A stretch of 63,888 bases of DNA, the filler included. It is 11 parts of 11 records of this genome, joined end to end, with 100 filler letters (N's around TTAATTAATTAA, not from the genome) between each part and the next. Parts side by side here need not be neighbours in the genome. Positions count along the whole stretch, not along the records: positions 34,236 to 41,377 come from SRR31147125_410692; positions 41,478 to 46,649 come from SRR31147125_416630; 9 more parts are not named here. One strand, 5' to 3'. Positions 34,236-45,010 of the stretch are shown here, in pieces. Each line of letters starts with the position of its first letter. Position 1 is the first letter of the stretch. The position numbers and the translations under genes are program-made. The notes under the pieces are model-generated. The model was not told the origin of the DNA and did no database searches. It worked only from the letters and a program-made list of their open reading frames with translations.

Positions 34236-35970
34236 CCCGGTTTTCCTGGTTTCCCCGTCTGCTGTTGAAGTCCGACAGGCGGCTGATCCGTGTCCTGGCC
34301 CACAGGTGGCCGAGCGAGGAGCCGGGTGCATCGAGTACCGCGCCGCCGACCGGAATCTTTCTCTGGTACATTTCCTCGCCGGTTCTTCCGGTGAGTGTGA
34401 CCAGCCCCGCCGGGGTGCCGCGCCACTTACCGAACATGATCACCGGTCGCTGGGCGAAGAGATCCGGCAGGGCCGGCGGTTCGACGTCGTACACGTCGAT
34501 CCCGTCGAAGGTGGCGGTGATGTCGGTCAGTACCGGACTGGAGATATAGTCCGTGAATCTGCGCACTGCCTCCTGCGCGTTGTCCGAACCGGTCACGATA
34601 AAGGGCTCGCCCTGACCGGACCGCGCCATTCCTTCGATGAGATAACGGTTCACACTGCTGCCGATACCGAACGCGAATACGTTGGTATGGCTCAGGTTGC
34701 TCTGGATTAGTTCGAACACTTCTTTCTCCGCATGGATATAGCCGTCGGTGATCACCACCATGGTGCGCGCGAGTCCGTCACGCTTTTCCATGCTCATGGC
34801 TTGTCTCATCGCTTGTGCGAGTTCGGTCCCGCCTCCTCCGTCACTGCGATCGATCATTTCAAGTGCGCCGCGGATGTTTGACCGTGTGGCGGGAACGGGG
34901 GCGGGCGCGAACGTATCGGAGTCTCCCGCAAAAAACAGCAGGTTGAAGGAGTCTGTCGGGCGCATGGTACCGAGGAGGTTCGCGAGAAGGCGTTTGGCGG
35001 TATCCAGGGGATAGCCGGACATTGAACCCGATACGTCGATGACGAACAGGTATTCCCGGTCCGGTATAGAGACCGGCTCGATGCGTGCGGGTGGCTGCGC
35101 CATCAGCAGGAAATAGTTTTCATCCGTCCCCTGCTGAAGCATCAGCCCGGTGGAGATACGGCTGCCGGACAGGCGGTAGTGGAGGATGAAGTCGCGGTTT
35201 CCGGCAAAACCGTCCCGGCCGGAGAGGGAAATGCGGGCCCGGGTTTCTCCGGCAAAGTCGACCGCGATGTCGTGGGAGCCCGAACTGACTTCCTGGATCG
35301 GCATCCCTGCTGCAAGGGAGACACCGATTGACACCTCCGTGCGGGGATCACTTCCTTCTTTCAGGTAGGGGTTCTGCACCCACCGCTCGGACGGCGGTGC
35401 AGAGTCCACGGAATCTGTCGTGTAGCGTGGGCCGACTACGGTTGGATACACAAACTCGTACAGGCCGTTTTCGGGGACCAGTAGCTCCGTATACCGGAGC
35501 TCGATTTCCAGCGTGTCGCCCGGCATCACATTGGCGACCTCCATGCTGAAGACGTTGGGTCGTCGCTGTTCGAGAAGAGACGCGTTTTTGCCCTGGCGCT
35601 TCGCGCTCTCATAGATCTTCCGGGCCGTTTCTTTTTCTTTGATCTTCGCCCTGGTAAGCCGTTCTCCGATCTGCATCGTCATCGCGTGCACCGCCGCCTT
35701 CGTCGAGCCGGGAAAGATATACGTGCCGTTGATTGGAGTGCCTCCATGATTTGCATAGATCTGCCTGACGGTAACAGACGCGATGACCCCGGTAATGGTC
35801 ACGTCGACGGACGTCTTCTTCAGTGGGAAGCTGTCCAGCGATGATTCTCCGCCTTCGACCTGGAAATAGGGGGAAAGCGAATCCGGTTTCGCCTCTCCGG
35901 TGTGGGCGGTGGAGGCAACTGAAAGCACCAGGATGCAGATGGTAGACAGTGTGAAGGTGATTCTGTTCAT
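34236..35970 (-). CDS. Secreted VIT (vault/inter-alpha-trypsin) + VWA domain protein; 3'-truncated
   Basis: RBS AGGAG; signal peptide MNRITFTLSTICILVLSVASTAHT; VIT motifs (IASVTVRQ.Y.N, YIFP..T.AAV..M.M.IG.R, ASLLEQ.RPNVF...VANVMPG); VWA MIDAS motifs FVIDVSGSMSG, VITDG, FAFGIGSSVN. Confidence 0.9.
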
Positions 35971-36011
35971 TGAACTCCTCGATGGTTGAAGTGGAATGAG
36001 AGAGGGCGACG

Positions 36012-36368
36012 TTACCGGGACTCTGCCTGTTTTCTTGTCCGGCAACGCTTCCGCGATCGTGTCTTTGGTTTGAGTGAACGGAAATCGTGGTTTCGATACA
36101 TGGTTATAACTACTCCCCCGGACCCGCAGAGGACCTGCATTCCCTCCAGTCCCTGCAGATCGATCCCCATCTCCCGGTACTGCTCGACTTCCTTGCGGCC
36201 GATGGCGAATACCTCGATGCCTCTGACGTGGACCCCTCTTCCGAAATTCAATACCCGACTGATTTCATCGGGCGAGAAACTGCGTGCCCCCATCTGTTTA
36301 CGGGCATGGTCCGTCAAATCAAACTCGTTCCGGAACTCGCTGTGTGTAGATGCTGTCTGTCGTTTCAT
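36012..36368 (-). CDS. DUF4258-like small protein
   Basis: RBS GGAGGGAG; LTDHARKQM..R......I..VL.FG and VVITMYRN, with a basic tail. Confidence 0.7.
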   Translation of the reverse strand: MKRQTASTHSEFRNEFDLTDHARKQMGARSFSPDEISRVLNFGRGVHVRGIEVFAIGRKEVEQYREMGIDLQGLEGMQVLCGSGGVVITMYRNHDFRSLKPKTRSRKRCRTRKQAESR

Positions 36369-36455
36369 GTGTAGCTCTCCCTCCGGTTGCTGTCTGGTTT
36401 CGGTCGTCCCGCTGATGTCCCCGTGGCATCAGCCCGGTCCGTCACATCGTTTGAC

Positions 36456-36530
36456 ACTGTAGATGGAGAAAGTGACAATCGCGTGATTGAATTGTGACGT
36501 GTCGAGGAGCAATCGTGACGAATCGTGACA
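36456..36530 (-). promoter_or_regulatory. Helically phased direct-repeat array (OmpR/PhoB-type boxes) with a -10 element, for the DUF4258-VIT operon
   Basis: GTGAY cores at 36472, 36483, 36494, 36515 and 36525. On the minus strand: TGTCAC-10 nt-TACAGT. Confidence 0.6.
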
Positions 36531-36617
36531 TTCCGACCGCGGAACTGGAATCTGCGGTTATTCTGTGGTATCTGATTCGGTACGCGGAGAAACTGCCCAT
36601 AGGAAAAATAGTTGCCC

Positions 36618-37316
36618 ATGAATTATCGAATCACCCTCGTCGAAGACGATCCCCAACTCCAGGAAAACTATGTGAAGGCGCTCGAGCGAGAGGGGTATGC
36701 TGTCGATTCCTATGGCTCGAGACAGGACGCACTCGACGCGTTCGAGATCTCGCTCCCGGACCTGGTCATCCTCGATATCATGCTCGGTAACGAGCTCGAC
36801 GCCGGGTTCGAACTCTGCCAGTTTCTGCGAAGACGCTCCCCGACAGTTCCGATTATTTTCCTGACGGCCCGAAACTCCGATATCGACCGGGTATCCGGGC
36901 TACGCCTGGGCGCTTGGGACTACCTGACCAAGGACGCGACCACGCTCGATTTCCTGCCGGTACGGATAACTGCGATGTTCCGCGTCATCGAATCGCTGGC
37001 GACGAAGCCGCAGGAGTCGGACTGCGTGATCCGGCACGGCATGTTGAGCATCGATGAGGAACGCAAGGAGGTGTTCTGGGACAATCACCCGGTACTGCTG
37101 ACGCTCACCGAGTTCTGGATACTGGTCGCGCTGGCCAGGCGACCGGGGCACCTAAAATCTCACGGGCAGCTGATGAGCGCCGCCAACGTCGTGGTCACCA
37201 ACAACGCCATCGCCGCCCACATTCGGAGGGTCAGGACCAAGTTCCAGGAAATCGATCCGGATTTCGACCATATCCGCTCCGAATACGGGATGGGATATCG
37301 CTGGCAGACCGGTTGA
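36618..37316 (+). CDS. pdsR: OmpR-family response regulator, proteobacterial dedicated sortase system (PdsR) type
   Basis: ITLVEDD..L.ENY..AL.REGY.V..Y.SR..AL.AF...LPDLVILDI.LG.E..AGFELC..LR..S.TVPIIFLTAR.SD.DRVSGLRLGA.DYLTKD; winged helix LTLTEFWI..ALARRPGH.K, IAAHIRRVR.KF. Confidence 0.8.
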   Translation: MNYRITLVEDDPQLQENYVKALEREGYAVDSYGSRQDALDAFEISLPDLVILDIMLGNELDAGFELCQFLRRRSPTVPIIFLTARNSDIDRVSGLRLGAWDYLTKDATTLDFLPVRITAMFRVIESLATKPQESDCVIRHGMLSIDEERKEVFWDNHPVLLTLTEFWILVALARRPGHLKSHGQLMSAANVVVTNNAIAAHIRRVRTKFQEIDPDFDHIRSEYGMGYRWQTG

Positions 37317-37319
37317 ACG

Positions 37320-39457
37320 ATGCGCTTATCCCTGCGGGCAAAACTGGCGCTGATCTCGTTGTTGCTTCTCGTGATTCCGCTGCTCGGTTTCCGGCTCAAC
37401 AACAGTCTGAAACAGAGCCTCATGTCGAGCCGAGAGGACGCCCTCAACCTCACCGCCCTCGCCGTGTCGGCGGCCCTCAACAACCGGGCGGACCTGTTCG
37501 TCGAAGAGAAATTCCATTCACTGCAGCAGGGTCGGGATCTCTACCTCTTCCAGTTGACCAATCCGATCCAGCTCAACGGAGAGATCGAAGACTGGCTGCC
37601 GGAGTTCAAGCAGGCCACCGTGTTTGGAGAGGAATACCTGCTCGGCGGGAGCGGGGAGTTTGTCTCGTCCACCCTGGCGTATCGCCATATCGCCGGAAAA
37701 CAGGGTGACTACCTCTATGCCCTGTTTGATGTGACCGACGACCACGTCGTCTACCGGAGCAGGGAGTCGCTACGGGTTGATCGGTCCGACCACCTGCAGA
37801 TCGTCATCGGAGACGGGGACCGTTCCCGTACATACGTGGTGCCCAGCTACGAACCGGGCTGGGTAATCGGGTTTCTGGTGCCCGCTGCCTCTGCCGAGTA
37901 TCCGCTCGTTGAAAAACGGATACACGGCAAGTGGAAGCAGACGGATAACGGGTATACGCTGGAGATCCGGATGCACGAGGACATCCTGGGTAGCAGGCTG
38001 GCGTTTGCAGTGGCTGATGTGGACGATGGGACGACGGGGGAGGTCCGCGCGATCATCGGCACAGCGGGCGGCGCGGATGAAGAGGAGCAGCTGGGCTGGC
38101 TGCTTACCACGTCGACGACCATTGAGACAATCCTGGAGTCGCTGGACCGGCCCGACGCCCGCATCCGGGTCGTCGATCGCAACCAGCGGATCCGGGCCGA
38201 GGTGGGCGGTCTGCGCGACAGCCCGGTCAACAACCTGGAGGAAGAGGATCTGCCGGCTCGTATGATGACACGCATGCACGACACCTTCCTGCCATTTTTT
38301 CAACTGTTCACCAGTCCTTTTTCCACCGATATCGAAGATTCGGCGTCTCAACCGGCCGAGATCGATATGCAGGGGGTCAGGGATGGCCTCGAAGGCAGCA
38401 GCTCGATCGTCCGGTACCGGATGAACGGGGGACTCGTTGAAGTAATGGCAGGGATCGCGCCGGTCTACGACGGGGAGGAGATTGTCGCGGTGGCTGTCGT
38501 TGAACAGACGACGAACTCGATATTGTCTCTGAGCAATCGGTTGATCGAGGAGACGCTCCTGCTGTCGGTGATCGCATTTTTCATCGGCGGAGGTGCGATC
38601 TTTGTGTTCGCGTTGATTGTCTCCACCCGGATCAGGAGGCTACGCAACCAGGCGGATGCGTCCATAACCGAGGAGGGAGAATCGTAAACGCGATATCACC
38701 AACCTCCGCCAGAGACGAGATCGGCGATTTGGGCCGCACCCTCGATTCCATGCTCGTCCAGCTGAGGGAGCAGGTAGATTACCGGGAACGGATGGCGGAC
38801 AACCTGGAACACGAGATGCGGACGCCACTCGCCGGGGTTGCCGCATCCTTGAAAAACATCGAGGAGGAGTTGGGGGGGAGACATCCCGAACTGCTCGACT
38901 TTCTCGATGGCGCAAATTACAACACGAAGCGGCTGCACGAACTGCTCACCGCGATCCGCGAAGGGGTAAATCTCAAGGAATCGCTGGCACATGAGTGTAA
39001 AGAACCCATCGATTTCGGGGAAGCGCTCTCCCGGTGGCTGGAGTTCGTCTGGAAGGAGGCATATCCGGACGTGGGCTTCGTGTTTCGGGCACCGGAACAG
39101 CCGGTTACGGTGGAAGGGGAGGCGGACCGTCTGCTCCAGGCGATTGACAAAATAATAGAAAATGCGGTTTCTCACCGAAGTGCGGGTACGGTCATCGAGC
39201 TTATTCTCAGAAAAGTCGGAGGGAACACGTCCCTGCAGGTTATCAATCTGGGCAGCACTATTGACCCGACCCTGCAGAACACGATGTTTGACTACATGGT
39301 CTCGAGCCGTGTGTCAAAAGACAGGGCACCGCATTTGGGGCTCGGGCTCTATATCGCGAAAACGATAATTGAACATCATGACGGTTCTCTGACCGGATCG
39401 AATCTGACTGATGGGAGGGAAGGGGTTGTCTTTCGCGTGGAGCTGCCGGTTCGGTGA
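37320..39457 (+). CDS. pdsS: Sensor histidine kinase, PdsS type; 1-nt deletion at about 38675-38677
   Basis: SLRAKLALISLLLL.IP TM, large periplasmic domain, VVEQTTNSIL, second TM and HAMP; adding one G gives EEGRI...RDEIGDLGR, then LEHEMRTPL (H-box), IDKIIENA, HLGLGLYI. Confidence 0.8.
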
Positions 39458-39570
39458 AAACAGCGGCGGTTTCAATTGTGTTGTGGTAACTTTCGATGGT
39501 TGGACCTGGTGTAAGAACCGCTTGAAACGAGTCGCGGTGAAGATCAAGACATATGCTCTGGAGTTTATCG

Positions 39571-40671
39571 ATGAATGGAAATGCGATCGCACGAGTACAG
39601 ACTTCGATGTATGCAGTACCTCTGGCGGAAATACTGACCGATGCAAAACACGGTGACCATAGCCATTTCGACCTGATTGTCGTCACGGTGGAGCTGGAAG
39701 ACGGGCAGCGGGGCGAAGGGTATACGTATACCGGGGGACGGGGCGGCCGTGCCATCAAAGCAATGATCGATTATGATCTCGCACCGGTGTTGATCGGCAG
39801 GGACGCCGGCCAGATCGAGAGCCTGTTCGAGTTTATGGAGTATCATATCCACTATGTCGGGCGGGGCGGGATCGCGTCGTTTGCGATCTCCGCCATCGAT
39901 ATTGCGCTCTGGGATATCAAGTGCCGAGGCCTGGGGCGGCCGTTGTGCGAGGTTGCCGGGGGACATTCCACCGTGGCCAAAGCCTACTGCGGCGGCATCG
40001 ATCTCGGCTTCAGCCTCGACAAGCTGCTCGGCAGCATCGAGGGCTACCTGGCGCGGGGCTTCAACGGGGTGAAGATCAAGATCGGCCAGCCGGAACTTGC
40101 GCTGGATCTCGAGCGGATTCGCGAGGTGCGCAGACTGATCGGGCCGGATATCATCTTCATGGTAGACGCGAACTACTCGATGAGTGTGGAGCAGGCCATC
40201 GCGGCCGCCAACGGTTTTCGGGAGTACGACATCTTCTGGTTCGAGGAGCCGACGGTCCCGGACGATTATCTCGGCTATGCCAGAATCGCCGACGCCACCG
40301 GTATGCCGCTTGCGATGGGGGAAAACCTCCACACCATCTACGAGTTCGGCTATGCGTTCGACCAGGCACAACTCTCGTTCATCCAGCCAGATGCATCCAA
40401 TTGCGGCGGCATCACCGGGTGGTTGCGAGTGGCTGAACTTTCTCAAAAATATGGTATTCCGGTCTGCTCGCACGGGATGCAGGAACTCCATGTCAGTCTG
40501 CTTGCCTCTCAGCCCCACAGCGGCTGGCTCGAAGTACACAGCTTCCCGATCGACGAGTATACGAAACGCCCGCTGGTGGTCGAGGACTGCCTTGCCGTTG
40601 CCCCCGAGGTCCCGGGAATCGGTGTCGAGTTCGATTATGACAAACTGATACCGCATCTGGTTGACTCGTAA
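39571..40671 (+). CDS. Mandelate racemase/muconate lactonizing enzyme family protein
   Basis: [18 protein letters not shown] (KxK), MVDAN, WFEEP, MGENL, IQPD.SNCGGIT, CSHG. Confidence 0.9.
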   Translation: MNGNAIARVQTSMYAVPLAEILTDAKHGDHSHFDLIVVTVELEDGQRGEGYTYTGGRGGRAIKAMIDYDLAPVLIGRDAGQIESLFEFMEYHIHYVGRGGIASFAISAIDIALWDIKCRGLGRPLCEVAGGHSTVAKAYCGGIDLGFSLDKLLGSIEGYLARGFNGVKIKIGQPELALDLERIREVRRLIGPDIIFMVDANYSMSVEQAIAAANGFREYDIFWFEEPTVPDDYLGYARIADATGMPLAMGENLHTIYEFGYAFDQAQLSFIQPDASNCGGITGWLRVAELSQKYGIPVCSHGMQELHVSLLASQPHSGWLEVHSFPIDEYTKRPLVVEDCLAVAPEVPGIGVEFDYDKLIPHLVDS

Positions 40672-40872
40672 CATGTGCGGGATCGGAGACGATCCGTCGC
40701 GGAAAAACGGCTGCCGACCGCAGCATTGATCGATATCATCCACAACGATACCGACCTGCCTGAAGGAGGCTGCAGCAACTGCCCGCTGACCAGATACCTG
40801 CCTCTCGAGGGCCAGGTCAGGCTGAAGCGGAAGACAGCTTGATCACAGCCGTGCACCCAGCATATCTGTTGT

Positions 40873-40900
40873 TCCGGCCCGCGTTTCACTGCGGGCCGGA
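40873..40900. terminator. GC-rich hairpin between convergent genes
   Basis: TCCGGCCCGC-gtttcact-GCGGGCCGGA; no clear U-tract. Confidence 0.5.
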
Positions 40901-40920
40901 GAAAATGGTAAGAGACCGTC

Positions 40921-41088
40921 TCAGGATGTCGCTGTTTGCATCTGACTTATCGTTACCGTATCCCGCTGAAAGAGTTTTATGAACAGCGAGATCGGCAGCC
41001 AGACAATGCCGATGCACAGAGGCATGATGATAAACAAAACCACCGGAAGAAACCACAGGGCCACTACAATCTGATCCAAACCGTTCAT
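40921..41088 (-). CDS. 55-aa small membrane protein (not in the ORF track)
   Basis: MNGLDQIVVALWFLPVVLFIIMPLCIGIVWLPISLFIKLFQRDTVTISQMQTATS*; RBS AAGGGGGG upstream. Confidence 0.65.
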   Translation of the reverse strand: MNGLDQIVVALWFLPVVLFIIMPLCIGIVWLPISLFIKLFQRDTVTISQMQTATS

Positions 41089-41214
41089 GTCAATCCCCCC
41101 TTTTGCGCTCGTGTCGTAAATGGTGTTCGCATCGGTTTCATTCCTTTCCGGAACATCACTCGAAGCGAAGCGTTATCTGACAACTGTCGATTCCCCATCC
41201 TGTATGATTTGGTT

Positions 41215-41230
41215 TGCCAGGAGCATGCCA
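41215..41230 (-). promoter_or_regulatory. Candidate sigma54 (-24/-12) promoter
   Basis: Minus strand TGGCATGCTCCTGGCA (GG-N10-GC), about 125 nt upstream of the small membrane protein ATG. Confidence 0.5.
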
Positions 41231-41477
41231 GATATTCGAAACTGCGGAAAATATCGCTTTTGGAAGGCAGAGTGCGGGGATTACAGGGAAAACGTGATCG
41301 GCAATACTTCACTGATGTTCGTTTGCGTAGAGCAGGAACGTTTCTTTGTCAACCTGGTAGACAGTGAGGCCAACTCCNNNNNNNNNNNNNNNNNNNNNNN
41401 NNNNNNNNNNNNNNNNNNNNNTTAATTAATTAANNNNNNNNNNNNNNNNNNNNNNNNNNNNNNNNNNNNNNNNNNNN

Positions 41478-44400
41478 ACGACGACACACACAACTTATTA
41501 ATCGTCTGATGTGGAACCCTGGTGTCCACTCGACTTCCACGAGCCGTGGTGCGCAAAGGGGAATACTTCCTCTGGTTCGTTTGTGACTGTCCGTCCGTTT
41601 TGTCCGTGGTGGTGCAGATCCCGATCTAGCAAGATGGTTGGCTTCGGCGTCTGACGATGGATTGGTTTGTGTGATCAAGGTTCCAGATCCCAGTGAGATC
41701 CCAGAGGAGGAAGGGGAAAAGGATCGATATCGCCTGCTTCAGGGGCATGGCAAGGTGCGCGATTCGGGGTGTGTGTGTGTGCGTCGGATCATGCTCATTT
41801 AAACACGAAGAGCAGCCAGTCACAGGCCTGTCCTGGAGTCCTCATCACCCAACACTTCTGGCATCTGCCTCGTACGATGGAACGGTCCAGGTGTGGAACG
41901 CCGCCACGGGTGAAGCCTTGGCCAACTTTCGGTGTGTATGCCATGCTTTTTATTCCTGGCTCGGTATTGTGGTCATGCAAATTCTTCAGTGGACATGATG
42001 GGCGTGTTTTTTGTGTTATGTGGAGCCAGCTGGATCCGCGACTGATGATCACAGGGTCGGAAGATCAGACGGTCCGAACATGGAACTTGGAACGCAAAAC
42101 GTTCACAAGTCCACCATCATCTCGCCCCCAACGTGCGTCAGGGAGGGTAGGAGACTTCCCATGGTATGATACCTGTTGTGATGCACAGATGACGAGAACG
42201 AAAAGGATCTATCTCCTCCGTTTGCCTTGTCTGGAGAGGGAGAACGTGTTGATTTGCCCGACGCAAAGGGAGTTCCGTCAGATCCCACTCCCGCGACGAA
42301 ACCGAGTACCCCCAAGAAGAAGAAAACGACGGCAAAGCCTGGTGGAACAGGGAAACAGACGCGGAATCTGTTGCCCCTCAGCACTCTTGCTGATGAGTCT
42401 GAGAATCGCATGGCGTCGATATCGGCCTGTCTAGCGGCTGCAGAGGCATCTCAGGCGGGCGAGAGCGGTAAGGATATCCCTTGGGACCGACATCCCCTCC
42501 CGTCGCATGCCTCTTTGGACGCCCTGATCTCGTCTCCGAGGGATGTTCTGGGGTTGCTGGCACAAGAAGGTGCATCAACCCACCATTTCTTCTTGCCTGA
42601 CCCTTCTCACACAGGTGCTGCTCATCGGGAAGCCGATCGCTGGAATATGGCTGCACATCTTGATGTATGGAAAGGAAACATTGGTAATGCCCTCCGTAAT
42701 CTTGCCAGAGAGAAGAAAATGAGTAGTCTCTGGCTTGGACTTGCACCACTAGGTGGGCTGAGGAAGAAGGGACGGCGTTGCTCAGTGTATTCACAAGTTG
42801 TGTTCATAGCGGGAATGGATGTCTGGATGAGCATGTGTGCAGAGTATGCACGACAATTGATAGATCAAGGTGACATACACACCGCTGCCCTGTGCTACTT
42901 GGCATGCCACAAGGTACGCGATGCGATTCACACGTACGCTAATGCGGGATCCTATCGGTATGTACGATGAAACTTTCGTGCAATCCGATGAGGCTGACAC
43001 ACACACACAACAGAGAGGCTGTTGCACTCGCACGTATCCGATTACTTCCCAGAGATCCCTTGCTTCTCGAATTGCTCGTTGATTGGGCTGGGAAGTTCGA
43101 GTCCCAAGGCCTCCCGGAACAGGCCGCGAAATGGTAGGGTTCATGGAGTGTGTGCGCCTTCCTGATGGTTGCCTGGGTAGTTATTTGGCTGCTGGTTTGC
43201 ATACCCGTGCCATTGATTGTCTCGCCAGTCGCGGAGACCTGGAGGCATTACAAGCTTCATGCCAATTGAGCCTTCTGGTGGATGATGCCACGGCACTTCC
43301 TCGGACCCTTCGCTATGGGTGCGGCGTTGTGGATGTGGCGTGCTCTAAGCAGAGCTGACGATGCTTCCTAGTCATGCGTTGCTCCGATCCGGAAATTTGG
43401 TGAAGAGCGAGCAAGTACTTGGTCTCTTCCCGGCCGAGACGGGACATTTGCGTGTATTATGCGCAGTGAGAGGTGTGATGGATCCATGCGGGACGGGTAC
43501 TCCATGGGACACATCGCGTGCGGAGTCTGGCAAGGCGCTGCTTCAAAAGGATTGGCCAGACGGTGTGTCATTCTCTGAGATCGAATGGGAACTGATCCAT
43601 TGGTCTAGCCTTTCAGATGTTAACACTATGGTCAGGCCCCCCACCCGTCGCACCCTTAGCCCCATTGTTCGCTGTACCACCTCCGGTTTCCTGGCCTGTG
43701 ACGATCCCAACACCCCTAGATTTCTACGGTAGCGTGTACAGACTTGTTCATGGCGTGATAGAAGCAAGTGCCTTGTCGGGAATTCTCGAGTCCCTGCGGG
43801 CCTTGTCACCTGAGACAACCAGTACAGGGATTCTAGATGTGGATACGGTGCGTAGCCGTCGGGTACAAGGATATTCCTGATGTTGGATGGTGTATATGAA
43901 GCTGCCCGAGTTTGTGTGGACGCAGCTTTCCCTCTGTTTTGTTCATCTCCTTGGTTGTCAATGGACGGAGAGTCTTCGCTGTTTGTTGGATGCCCTGCAC
44001 GTCATGGATCGATCCTTACGTGCAATGGAACGAAGGCCTCTGAGGACACTCGCCTCTCTGGAGGTGATTCTACTGGGTCTTGTACCCTGGGCTGCGGACG
44101 AGATGGCCTTTCGGAAGGTTTGAGATCGATCGATCGATCGATCGTGTACGTATGCATTCTCTTACACCCGAGGAAAGTCGTCAGAACCGTGTCTGTCTGG
44201 GGAGTGTGTGTTGCTAACGTGTCTTCGTGCATTCTACATGACGGGTCTGATTCGCATCATCCTCGAAGGCGGAGCAAGTGGTGTGTTCGTGTTTGCAACT
44301 GGCCACTATTGTATTCTTATCTCTCTCCACGAAACACAGAGGAGACCATCCAAACACTTGGATATGTTATGCCTGGATTCGAAGCAGCCTTGCTATCGAC

Positions 44401-44902
44401 AGCTCAAAACACATTGAGAAAGGTTTGATCGGGATGGTGTTCCCTCCTTTTGACTCATCCTGGTCCAGTTGCGGTGGGAACATGAGGAAACTACACGAAT
44501 GATACAGCAACTAGAACTTCAAACGCAAGTTCACCTTTCCGAGAGCATTCGGTGTCGTGGCGAAGCAATGAAGATTTCTGCTCGTCGAAGAACAGAAGCG
44601 GAGTCTGACGCCGAAATTCAGGAACTTCAGGAGTTAAAACGGCATGCACATGAACTGAGCCAAGCGATTCAGGAGAGTGAGGTGTGTTTGCGTTCTCTCT
44701 TTCAGAATGTGGGACCTGATGAATCCCCCAGGGGCTTCCGTTTCCGAATCCCATACGGTCTGCTATGGATTTGTTGGTATTGGCGCAACAACACCCTGCC
44801 CTACAGAGCAGGGCCCCCATCGTTGTTGAATGGGGAAGAGAGCATGCAATAACCGAGGAGGAGCGTCAAGTTTTTCGTCTCAAGGATGACGAGGAGTGTT
44901 GA
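41478..44902 (+). CDS. GEMIN5: Gemin5-like WD40 + TPR-like protein; multi-exon, 5'-truncated
   Basis: WD repeats ([51 protein letters not shown]), then [57 protein letters not shown], and C-terminal PFPNP. Confidence 0.75.
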
Positions 44903-45010
44903 ATACAAAGTCATTAAGATGCATGCCCGGTACATTCAGTCCTATTTGCTCACGTACACACACACGTATTCACATACACACACAAAAAAAATGGAAGTAG
45001 AAGGGATAAT

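Noticed and set aside
38660-38700. Programmed frameshift or pseudogenisation of pdsS and the other split genes
   Set aside because: Each is fixed by one base in a homopolymer, with no other decay and no slippery-heptamer context; a systematic error is more parsimonious.
40736-40842. Short CxxC-containing ORF-like fragment after the mandelate racemase gene
   Set aside because: No clear RBS or start and under 40 aa; cannot be supported.
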